From positions 30,001 to 62,000 of the forward strand of contig JBHLKY010000023.1 in assembly GCA_048886185.1 (NCBI GenBank): a DNA stretch of 32,000 nt. The letters are read 5' to 3'. The position numbers and the translations under genes were made by a program. Shown piece by piece: positions 1 through 8,309 of the stretch. Each line of letters starts with the position of its first letter. The first letter of the stretch is position 1. The stretch comes from Candidatus Hermodarchaeota archaeon. GTDB lineage: Archaea > Asgardarchaeota > Heimdallarchaeia > Hodarchaeales > Hodarchaeaceae. The notes under the pieces were generated by a model. It was not told where the DNA came from. It saw nothing but the letters and a program-made list of their open reading frames with translations, and did no database searches.

Positions 1-1
1 A

Positions 2-712
2 GAAATCAGACGACTCCAAAAGGAGATTACTGACAAGAATCAAGAAATTGAATCATCTGAGCAGAGATATGCCGAGAAGGAGTCTGAATTAACTATTCTT
101 GAGAGATCTGTTGATCAAGGTCGAGCTGATTCAATTAAATTAATAAATGAGCTCGATGCTAAGATTCAGAGAATCTTAGGAAAGATTGAGCAGCTTGATA
201 AACAAATAAGTGAAAAGTCTGAACGTATTGATCAGATTGACCAAGTTCAGTCCGAATTCAACTTCTATAGTGCCTTAGAAGCTTATCTCGAAGAACGGGA
301 AAAGATCGTTAAACTAGGTGTTATCGAGAATTTTAATCATCAAATCAAGAAAGTGTATCAACTAATGTCGTATCAAGATTTTGAAGACATTCGTATTGAT
401 CCGAACTTTAACTTAATTGTTAGACGTAAACGAAAGGGAAAATTAATAGACCAACCTATCGAAAGTTTAAGTGACAGTGAACGTATAACAATTGCTCTAA
501 TTGTGATGTTAGCTGGACGTGAGGAATACCTAACTGATTATCCCCTATTCGTTTTAGACAAAGTTACTTTAGATTACGATCCCACAAGGTTTGAAATGAT
601 CTTAGATTACCTGAGTCAACGAGAAGTTCCATATACTTTGGTCACTCTTGCGCAAAGTATTGAAGAGGGTAGTGGGCAGTTAGAGGTTGAGTACATTGGT
701 GTTAAAACATAA
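2..712 (+). CDS. SMC/Rad50/Sph-like coiled-coil ATPase, C-terminal part (5' end outside window)
   Basis: The frame of the 353..712 ORF is open back to base 2 (EIRRLQKEITDKNQEIESSEQ..., heptad coiled coil). It then shows an ABC signature-like LSDSE, a Walker B-like PLFVLDK and a D-loop-like LDYD, as in archaeal SMC-like Sph proteins. Confidence 0.75.
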   Translation, partial: EIRRLQKEITDKNQEIESSEQRYAEKESELTILERSVDQGRADSIKLINELDAKIQRILGKIEQLDKQISEKSERIDQIDQVQSEFNFYSALEAYLEEREKIVKLGVIENFNHQIKKVYQLMSYQDFEDIRIDPNFNLIVRRKRKGKLIDQPIESLSDSERITIALIVMLAGREEYLTDYPLFVLDKVTLDYDPTRFEMILDYLSQREVPYTLVTLAQSIEEGSGQLEVEYIGVKT

Positions 713-714
713 CC

Positions 715-1074
715 CTAATCCCTAGCTGCAATTGCTTCAATCTCTATTCGTGCTCCCAAAGGTAACGCTGCTACTTGAATTGTAGCTCTCGCTGGGGGTT
801 CAGATGGAAAAAATTTTGCATATTCCTCATTTACTAATGCGAAGTCGTTTATATCTGTTAAGAAGATAGTCGTTTTTACTATATCACTTAGATAGGCTTT
901 TGCTTCATTGAGTATATTTTCGATTTTCTCAATTATTTCCCTTGTTTGAGTTTGAATATCAGCGTCCAAATTTGTCGCAATTTGACCAGAAACATATATG
1001 TGTTTTTTTCTTGATGTTTGAATCGCAGGACTGTATGGACCTACTACTTGACCGATTTTTATTGCTTTTTTCAT
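715..1074 (-). CDS. ridA: RidA/YjgF/YER057c/UK114 family enamine/imine deaminase
   Basis: GPYSPAI, IYVSGQI, IVKTTIFLTDINDFALVNEEY, PPARA (catalytic Arg) and LPLGARIEIEAIA. ATG at 1074 preferred over the track's GTG at 1083. Confidence 0.92.
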   Translation of the reverse strand: MKKAIKIGQVVGPYSPAIQTSRKKHIYVSGQIATNLDADIQTQTREIIEKIENILNEAKAYLSDIVKTTIFLTDINDFALVNEEYAKFFPSEPPARATIQVAALPLGARIEIEAIAARD

Positions 1075-1091
1075 AATTATCACATTTAAGA

Positions 1092-1520
1092 TTATTCAAT
1101 TAAGTATGGTAATTCCAATAGCATTAATTTTGATACAGGGTCTTCTGTTCGTGAAACTCCAGGTTCATAAACTGAAATTTGAATTTCACAGGTAACTGAA
1201 ACGATACACCCTTGAAAAATATGTCCTCCAATACAGGATCCATCTTGCTGACCGAAAACTCCATGAATATGAACTATTTGATTTTGAGCAATATTTCCAT
1301 TTAATGATAATAACTCAAGATTTTCCGAAAAATTCATTTTTTGATATTCCTCACCATCAAAAAAACCAATATTTGCTTCAGAAACAGCTCCAATTCCATG
1401 GATCTGTCCAGAGGAGATTTTGTTGCGCTTACAAAATTTTTGGAGTGATTCGAGGATATCTTCTCCTCGAAAAAGGCGTAGGAGGTAATTCTTTTGATTA
1501 TTTTGCAAAATGTATTTCAT
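1092..1520 (-). CDS. PPC/DUF296 domain protein
   Basis: LRLFRGEDILESL, GIGAV, ELLSLNGNI, VHIHGVFG, IGGHI and TCEI match the DUF296 His triad. GGAGA Shine-Dalgarno-like motif upstream of the ATG. Confidence 0.9.
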   Translation of the reverse strand: MKYILQNNQKNYLLRLFRGEDILESLQKFCKRNKISSGQIHGIGAVSEANIGFFDGEEYQKMNFSENLELLSLNGNIAQNQIVHIHGVFGQQDGSCIGGHIFQGCIVSVTCEIQISVYEPGVSRTEDPVSKLMLLELPYLIE

Positions 1521-1900
1521 ATGGGTAAAATCTCCTTGATTTATAGTAAAATTGTGAATAGATACAGTTTGCTAAATAATTTAAATAATGTTCATAAAAC
1601 TCTAGACTATCAAGAATTGCAGTTCATCTCCAATATTCTTTTCAAATTCATCTCAAATTATCATTTCAGAGGAGAGAACGAAGAAATTCAAGTGTGATTT
1701 GTGTCTAAGCTTACACCAATGTCTGATTTTTTGAAATCAAAGAATCATAGAAAAGGTTTTTTAAGAGGGATTCATTATGTTATTTGGAATTGCTTTTATA
1801 TTTTTGATTTAGAGCCTAGTAAGTCTTTAGTCAATCAAGATAACATCAAGAAACACATGATTTAGTACATCATTGAAGGGATTTTATGAGGTTTTAACTG

Positions 1901-2872
1901 TTGAAAATGCATTGTGATAGTAACTGTAGGCCCTGTGTGTTAGAGGGGGGTCCTAATCGGGATCTCGACAATAAGAATGCTGGATTCATGGCCTATTTCT
2001 GCCCCCAATGCCGATCGTCCTTCTTTTGTGAAATAGGAGTTGTACGTCAATATTCCTCCAACAGGGTTAGTTATTCCTGTGTTGACTGCAGTTCAAAGTT
2101 GAAAATCCTCTCTCTCGAAGAAATTGCCTTAGAAAAAGCTCGTTTCTTGATGGATAACCGTAAATTAAGTAAGAGTGGAAAATTTAGGCCAGCTCTCATA
2201 CAAAAGAAGCTAAGTAGACCTGTTGAGACCCTTTCCATGTTATACGATACTAAAACAACTAGTGCCTTCCACCAGTCGCTTATAACAGAAATGACAAGAA
2301 TTTCAGGACTAACCCCACAAGTTATTAGTAATTTCGCACGGGATTTTGGGATTGGAGAAAATGTTATCTCGAATCTTTCAGGAGATAATGAGTCAATTTT
2401 ATTGACACTTGCAAGCGTTTCACCCAAATTTGTAGAAATTCTTCATTCAATTCTTATCGGACGTGATCCGAGCGTCAATGGAGGTTTGGGTCTACGTTTT
2501 TCAGTATTTGCAAACAATATTGCAGATATTGTGTTCATACAACCTTCCCGGTCTCTCGTGGAGGCTGGACCTTACGATTTAATTGCTTATGATGGACAAG
2601 GGATGCGAATATGGGTGTTCTGCGTCCAAGGAGTAGTTGATTCAAAAGACATCGAGAAAATTGTAGGCCCACTTCTGAATCAAGAACTATCTGAATTTAG
2701 TGGGGTATCTAAAATCTGTATTGTCGCACAAGGTTTTTCATGGGTTGCCCTACAGATTTTACGGAAATATCGGGGGATTGTGGTTGATAAAAGATCAATT
2801 CCATTCGAAATTTGGCAAGAAAAAACCATTGAGGATCATCCCGAAATTATTTTCGAAAATATTCGGCTTTAA
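1901..2872 (+). CDS. Cys-rich Zn-finger protein with C-terminal degenerate Mrr/PD-(D/E)XK-like domain
   Basis: Eight Cys in the first 63 aa (CxxxCxxC, CPQC-x5-C, CVDC). The C-terminus (GPYDLIAYDGQGMRIWVFCVQG...VDSKDIEKIVG...ICIVAQGFSWVAL) resembles the Mrr_cat pattern without the ExK/QxK lysine. Confidence 0.5.
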   Translation: MKMHCDSNCRPCVLEGGPNRDLDNKNAGFMAYFCPQCRSSFFCEIGVVRQYSSNRVSYSCVDCSSKLKILSLEEIALEKARFLMDNRKLSKSGKFRPALIQKKLSRPVETLSMLYDTKTTSAFHQSLITEMTRISGLTPQVISNFARDFGIGENVISNLSGDNESILLTLASVSPKFVEILHSILIGRDPSVNGGLGLRFSVFANNIADIVFIQPSRSLVEAGPYDLIAYDGQGMRIWVFCVQGVVDSKDIEKIVGPLLNQELSEFSGVSKICIVAQGFSWVALQILRKYRGIVVDKRSIPFEIWQEKTIEDHPEIIFENIRL

Positions 2873-2880
2873 TCAACGCG

Positions 2881-3441
2881 GTGTTATTATTGAGTTCTTC
2901 TTTGTCAACTTTAGGGGACTATTACAGAATTATATTTCTTGGGAGCGAAAAAGTAGGGAAAACTTCAATTGTTCACTGGATTCTTGATCTTCCCCATCAA
3001 GAGGACTATCTTCCTACAATTGGAGTAAGATTCTATAATCTGGACTCGTTCCTGAATAATAAGCAGTATTTTCTACAGCTTTGCGACATTTCAGGTAACA
3101 AAATCTATTCTAATCTACTCCCATTGTTAATAAAGACAGTAGCTGTCGCTATACTAGTTTTTGATTATAAGAATCAAGATTCTATGGTGGAAGCTCAAAC
3201 GCTATTTAAGAAGGTACGGGAATATCTTTCACCAGATCAAATAGTAGTTGTGGGCAATAAATCTGAAAATAAGAAAAAAATCATTCCTAAAATATTGGAT
3301 TCTTGGACTAAAAAGAATAATGTAAAAATAATTTCTGTATCTGTTCATAAGAATATAGGAAAATATGTACTTCTACAGAACATTAATAGAATAATTCTAG
3401 GGTTTTCTGGTGATCAGGTAAAAGAAATAGATAAATCATAA
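2881..3441 (+). CDS. Ras-superfamily (Rab-like) small GTPase, divergent
   Basis: G1 GSEKVGKT, G2 PTIG, G3 DISG, G4 NKSE, G5 SVH. The exact start (GTG/TTG) is uncertain. Confidence 0.88.
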   Translation: MLLLSSSLSTLGDYYRIIFLGSEKVGKTSIVHWILDLPHQEDYLPTIGVRFYNLDSFLNNKQYFLQLCDISGNKIYSNLLPLLIKTVAVAILVFDYKNQDSMVEAQTLFKKVREYLSPDQIVVVGNKSENKKKIIPKILDSWTKKNNVKIISVSVHKNIGKYVLLQNINRIILGFSGDQVKEIDKS

Positions 3442-3461
3442 ATCGAGTCCCATTTCCAGAT

Positions 3462-3863
3462 TTATACCCATTCCTCATTCTCGTTTTGACATGAGGCTTG
3501 AACGATCTCACATTCCCACCACTGAGATTCTTCCTGAAATGGACAAGTATCAATAGTTACTTGACATTTTTGATCTTCCCTTAAGTAGAGGCAAAGACTC
3601 GTCATTAATAAGCGTAAGTTCATTTTTTCTGGCTGTTCGCCCATTTGATAACTTCTATGTAATCTATCACGAATTTCTTGATAATTATGTACCTGAACTG
3701 TTGTTAGGATGCTTCCAGTCTTAAATGTAATGCCCCCAGTTAGTGCTGAATCATCATATTCTAGAAATTGGAAGAGTTGACGTTGCAATGAATCAAGTAG
3801 TTCATCATCAATGTCTCCTACACCCATCATTTTCAATAAATCACGTAATCTTTTCCTAAACAC
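3462..3863 (-). CDS. Hypothetical protein with C-terminal Cys cluster
   Basis: 133-aa ORF filling the space between the GTPase and the divergent promoter region, with five Cys in the last 45 aa. May start at ATG 3830. Confidence 0.6.
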   Translation of the reverse strand: MFRKRLRDLLKMMGVGDIDDELLDSLQRQLFQFLEYDDSALTGGITFKTGSILTTVQVHNYQEIRDRLHRSYQMGEQPEKMNLRLLMTSLCLYLREDQKCQVTIDTCPFQEESQWWECEIVQASCQNENEEWV

Positions 3864-3944
3864 TGACTTGAGGCCTTCATTGATACTTTCTTATTGATCT
3901 CTCTGTTTCTTTCACTCTACTTCTTATTTCTAGCTAAAATTGGT

Positions 3945-3990
3945 TAAATTTATAATTATATAATTTATGCATCCTTTATAATTGTACATA
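3945..3990. promoter_or_regulatory. Putative divergent archaeal TATA-box region
   Basis: TTTATAATTATATAATTT and TTTATAATT runs lie between the divergent starts at 3863(-) and 4030(+). A GGAG Shine-Dalgarno-like motif precedes ATG 4030. Confidence 0.4.
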
Positions 3991-4029
3991 ATTAAAACGC
4001 TTTGGACATAGTACAAGGAGATTTTTGAA

Positions 4030-6915
4030 ATGGTCGAGAACGATTACAACCCTGTAGTTTGGGTTAGTTTAGCTTCTGTTTCAGGTCTGAGCTTGATCAG
4101 TTTGGGGCAGCCTGGTCTAAGAACTGACCTTGATGAGCAAGTATATACTGGTGGGTTGACTGCCGTTCAAGCTATGCTAGGTGGGGAAATTGGGGGCGAT
4201 ACTGAACGATTTGTAGGTGGGAGTCACAGTAATAGAACAGGTAGGTTTCTAGTTAAAAACGATAGAGGCGAGCTTGTTGGTCAATTCTTGTTAATTTCTC
4301 CCAAAAATCTTAACGTTGCTCCAGAATTGGTCGATTTTTATGAACAGCTTGTTACAATCTTTGCCGAGGATACAATTCAGACTGAAGTTTATGAACGAGT
4401 CCAAAGAGAATTTAGAGCCTTGGGAGTGAATGATGTCTTAGATATCTTTTTTGATAGTATAAAGAAGGCAAGAAAGCGTAAATCGCTCCCCATGAATAAG
4501 GACATGTTCTTTTCAGCTCTCACCGAAGCAACATTCAAATCTATTAATGATTATGAGTATTCAACGACCTTAGTTAAAATATCTGAATATAAAGGGAAAT
4601 ATCACGATCTTCATTTAAAAGTTCAGAACGAAAGGAATGATCTAATAACAGAATTATCGCAGGATATGTTAGAATTCATGACAAGTGAGCATCCACATGC
4701 TTTAGTGACATTCCCTAAGATTGATTCATTAAGAAAAGATTTTCTAAAATATATGCAATCAGAAATTAATAGTATTGAAAAACAAAATAAGGTAGAAGAA
4801 GCACTTGAAGAAATAATCGAAGATTTCAAGAAAAATGACTTAAATGGCGTTCTCGCGGACTTTGCTCTTAGTGAGGTTACTAAAGTTAATCTTTATGCAC
4901 GTCTAGAAGATGAAATTTTTAAAAAGTATCGCCGGGAATTTCCACTGCTTTTTCTTGTTGATCCCAAAATAAATGGTTTTTTAAGCGCTATAGAAAAACT
5001 CACGACTAAGATAAATGAAGAATATGATGTAGCAGGAACTTTATCACGTATTGGTCATGATATGTTAGTGGGTCATGAAAAAGAGGAAAAATTGGTTATT
5101 CCTTTTATTCGACAATTTTGTGATCAATTTGCTACAGGATTAACCCACGCAGCATGGAAATATATGCAAATTATCTTTAGAATCGTAACAATGGAGACTG
5201 AAATCGATGTGACGGATGTTCTTTCGGCATTAGAAGGACAAATCCCTGATTCTCACTTTTCCACAGTCCAACGGATGATTACCAAATATAAGATCACAAA
5301 GCTTGATCCCCTTTCCTTTTCAGTAAAAAAAGCAACTGATATATTACCCTTTTATAGAGCATTATTAGCTTCAATAGGTTATGGTGTTAATTTTCTTATT
5401 TTTCAAGTTACTTTGGGGGAAGAAAACCCAGATAATTATCTCAATCATACTATAAAGAATTTATATGACTTCAGTACTCAGATTATACCCACTTTTTCAA
5501 TATTTTCAATCTATTCTCATTTAGAAAAAATACAACCACGTTTAGAGTTTAATATAGGATATCCTGAGTTTAAAAATGAAATTGATATTACAACTTTAGA
5601 TGTCCAAACATTAACACAAGCATTCATAGAAGCAACCAATGATTATCTCCAAAAAGAACATCAACAAATAGAAAGCCGCTTAGACGAGTTTCAAAAGGCC
5701 TTTGAAGAGCAAATAAATGACATTCACAAATTTTTGTCACGGAAACCAATCGACATCTCTAAAGGTTATTCTACTGATCTTAAAGAGTTAAAATTACTTT
5801 CATTTTCAACAAAACTTGTTGAAAGCATTGAATCCATTTTACAAAAGACTCAAGAAGAATACAGGGGTATTATTGAAAGAATATATCCTGATTTAGATAA
5901 AGCAAAAGAGGCTGCTTTGGAATTTGTCAACAAACAAATTGATGAAAAGAAGTTAGGATCAATTCTATCAAATCGTGGATTTCTTGAAAAAACTCGAGAT
6001 AATTTTCAAAAATTCATACGTAAAACTCGAGAGTCAATAGAAAAGAGGTATAGTGAGCTTCCTTCAAAAGTTGAAAAGGATTTTAATGGATTTCAGAAAG
6101 AATTCACAAAAATATTTTCTCGTGAATGCCCTTTTCTCAATATTGACAGGAAAGCATTTTCAAAAGGGGATAAGAACTATCTCCAGGATCCCTCTTCCAT
6201 CATTAATAAAATTCAAGGATCAATCAAGCAAATTATTACTAAAGATCCATTTATCTCTTCTGAGAATCTAGGTCAATATTATTTTTATTCCAAAAACATG
6301 TCTTTACCCACGAATCTTCAGTTTGCAATTTCAGATTCATTAGTTCACAATAAGAAATCATATCCTTTTCTAAAAGAAGCGATAGAAAACCTGAAATCGA
6401 ATCCAAACCAAGACATTTTCAAAAGTTATGCAGAAGTTTTAGAAGATCAAACAAAAGGATTAATGTCAAGAATTTTCCAAGAAGCAGGAAGAATCATAGG
6501 AAAAGATTACTTAAGATCTGATCCTGACATTTTTTTCATAGAGAGAGATAAAAAACCTATCCCCACTCTTGAAATGGGAGTTTTATCGTGTGTTGACGCT
6601 ATGAATTCTCTCCGAGATTTATTAGGTTTAAGAATTGCCGTTGAGTCGGAAAAACGCGAAGAGATAACACTATTCCATGTTTCCGCTACAATCCCAGATT
6701 TTGGATGTGATTATGACGATCTGAAAAAAGTTTGGAAGAAAAAGGAATGGACTCTAAGAAAGGTACTACTTCTCTTGAGTTGGCGCTCTATTCTAAAATC
6801 GAATGCGTTTTATCTTAACTTACTCCAATATTCCAGCGGATTCTACTCAACTCGAGTAAAAGAGTCACTTGAGGAAATTTTGGAAGAAATTGGGAGAGCA
6901 ATAATCTCTAGTTGA
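4030..6915 (+). CDS. 961-aa protein: N-terminal longin-like domain plus long alpha-helical/coiled-coil region
   Basis: The N-terminus (VVWVSLASVSGLSLISLG...DEQVYTGGLTAVQAMLGGEIG...GQFLLIS...LVDFYEQLVTIF) follows the beta-beta-alpha-beta-beta-beta-alpha longin pattern. The rest is E/K/L-rich helical sequence with no evident TM segment. Confidence 0.55.
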   Translation: MVENDYNPVVWVSLASVSGLSLISLGQPGLRTDLDEQVYTGGLTAVQAMLGGEIGGDTERFVGGSHSNRTGRFLVKNDRGELVGQFLLISPKNLNVAPELVDFYEQLVTIFAEDTIQTEVYERVQREFRALGVNDVLDIFFDSIKKARKRKSLPMNKDMFFSALTEATFKSINDYEYSTTLVKISEYKGKYHDLHLKVQNERNDLITELSQDMLEFMTSEHPHALVTFPKIDSLRKDFLKYMQSEINSIEKQNKVEEALEEIIEDFKKNDLNGVLADFALSEVTKVNLYARLEDEIFKKYRREFPLLFLVDPKINGFLSAIEKLTTKINEEYDVAGTLSRIGHDMLVGHEKEEKLVIPFIRQFCDQFATGLTHAAWKYMQIIFRIVTMETEIDVTDVLSALEGQIPDSHFSTVQRMITKYKITKLDPLSFSVKKATDILPFYRALLASIGYGVNFLIFQVTLGEENPDNYLNHTIKNLYDFSTQIIPTFSIFSIYSHLEKIQPRLEFNIGYPEFKNEIDITTLDVQTLTQAFIEATNDYLQKEHQQIESRLDEFQKAFEEQINDIHKFLSRKPIDISKGYSTDLKELKLLSFSTKLVESIESILQKTQEEYRGIIERIYPDLDKAKEAALEFVNKQIDEKKLGSILSNRGFLEKTRDNFQKFIRKTRESIEKRYSELPSKVEKDFNGFQKEFTKIFSRECPFLNIDRKAFSKGDKNYLQDPSSIINKIQGSIKQIITKDPFISSENLGQYYFYSKNMSLPTNLQFAISDSLVHNKKSYPFLKEAIENLKSNPNQDIFKSYAEVLEDQTKGLMSRIFQEAGRIIGKDYLRSDPDIFFIERDKKPIPTLEMGVLSCVDAMNSLRDLLGLRIAVESEKREEITLFHVSATIPDFGCDYDDLKKVWKKKEWTLRKVLLLLSWRSILKSNAFYLNLLQYSSGFYSTRVKESLEEILEEIGRAIISS

Positions 6916-7580
6916 ACTTTACTACAAGATACCTTAGAACGTTTAATATTATGGTCTTTCCCAGTATGAATCATCCCAAAAACACAGGAGTTTACCCACC
7001 TCAAGAGGATACTTGGTTTCTAGCTGATATCTTAGAAATTAAATTTCAAGAAGAGTTAATGGTAATTTCTCACCCATTGACAGTATGTGAGATAGGAGTA
7101 GGGGGTGGCTTTATTTCCATTGCCTTAGCTAAGAAATTTCCTCAAATTCATTTTATCGGAACTGATATTTCTCCTCAATCGGCACTATCATGTCAAATGA
7201 ACATGTCAAACCATCTTCATCGTGACCAGTTTGATCTTGTGTGTATGGATTCAATCCATGGATTTAATCCTTTAAAATTTCATCCTGATTTAGTTTATTT
7301 CAATCCCCCTTACGTAAGAACAGGTCTGGATGAAATGAAGAAAGGGTTCTTGGAAAGAACTTGGGCTGGTGGTCCCAGTGGGATTGTAGTAATCCAAAAG
7401 TTCCTTAAAGAGCTATCTCGTTTCTCTTTCAGGAAAGCATTTTTTTTATCGTCCAATTTAAATGAAAACGAATTATTAGAGACTATTTTTCATCGAATTT
7501 TCAAATTTCAAGTTATCTCTGATAGAAAAATCGGAGATGAGAGATTGTTATGCTTCGAGGTTCGACCCAAAGGGTACTAG
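6912..7580 (+). CDS. hemK: HemK2/N6AMT1 (Mtq2)-type release factor glutamine methyltransferase
   Basis: VYPPQEDTWFL, motif I EIGVGGG, GTDIS, NPPY and WAGGPSGIVVI. 4-bp TTGA overlap with the upstream stop. Confidence 0.88.
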   Translation: MNFTTRYLRTFNIMVFPSMNHPKNTGVYPPQEDTWFLADILEIKFQEELMVISHPLTVCEIGVGGGFISIALAKKFPQIHFIGTDISPQSALSCQMNMSNHLHRDQFDLVCMDSIHGFNPLKFHPDLVYFNPPYVRTGLDEMKKGFLERTWAGGPSGIVVIQKFLKELSRFSFRKAFFLSSNLNENELLETIFHRIFKFQVISDRKIGDERLLCFEVRPKGY

Positions 7581-7592
7581 AATAAACATATT

Positions 7593-8309
7593 TTATTTTT
7601 GAAAGTGAGTAAGAAAATCAACAATATTTTTTAATGATCTTTCAGAATCCTCTAGATATAATAATAGACGATCGTTTTCTTGAGTGGGATGATCAAGTGG
7701 GAAAATCTTTTCCTTTGAATCTTCTCGTAGAATGTTTAGAATTCGAACTTTTGGGATGCGAAGATCATCAACCGGGAGTGTTATTCTGCTTTTAGGAACA
7801 GAGATGGAGATAACTGGGGGCTTTACTAGTGGTAAACCCATTTGATTGTAGAGTTCATTTACAATTTGGTTCAGGTTATCAACAATGATAATTTGACCTT
7901 GTTTTTGTCCAGATAGATATTGAACGAAAGGAGGAGCAAATTGTTTTAATAGAATGACTTTTAATTCATCATTAGATATAAATGCCATAATATTCTGAAT
8001 TATAACTGGATCCTCATGAAGGATAATGACTTTTTCTGCGTATTGAAAGCCAATGGTTTCATAGAGGTTTCTTTTAGCATATTCTTCATTCTGTTCTTCA
8101 TAAAGGACATTAACTTCATCTTTAACTTCCTCTATCCATGCTAATTTCTTATCTGATATTAAAGCAACCTTGCTTTGCCCACCAATCCTGATCAATTGGT
8201 CAATAAAAGCTTCCGCAAAAATGTTACTTCCAAACACAAAAATCGTGTTTTGTTTTTCCACAGCTTTTTCGGCAAATTTACGAACCCGTCTTCGTCTAAA
8301 AAAACCCAT
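7593..8309 (-). CDS. Stand-alone RCK (TrkA_N + TrkA_C-like) regulatory protein
   Basis: Rossmann-like TIFVFGSNIFAE, VALIS, LYETIGFQYAEKVIIL and VILLKQFAP, plus a TrkA_C-like C-terminus (RILNILRE...ENDRLLLY). Clearly paralogous to the RCK part of the upstream gene. Confidence 0.7.
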   Translation of the reverse strand: MGFFRRRRVRKFAEKAVEKQNTIFVFGSNIFAEAFIDQLIRIGGQSKVALISDKKLAWIEEVKDEVNVLYEEQNEEYAKRNLYETIGFQYAEKVIILHEDPVIIQNIMAFISNDELKVILLKQFAPPFVQYLSGQKQGQIIIVDNLNQIVNELYNQMGLPLVKPPVISISVPKSRITLPVDDLRIPKVRILNILREDSKEKIFPLDHPTQENDRLLLYLEDSERSLKNIVDFLTHFQK

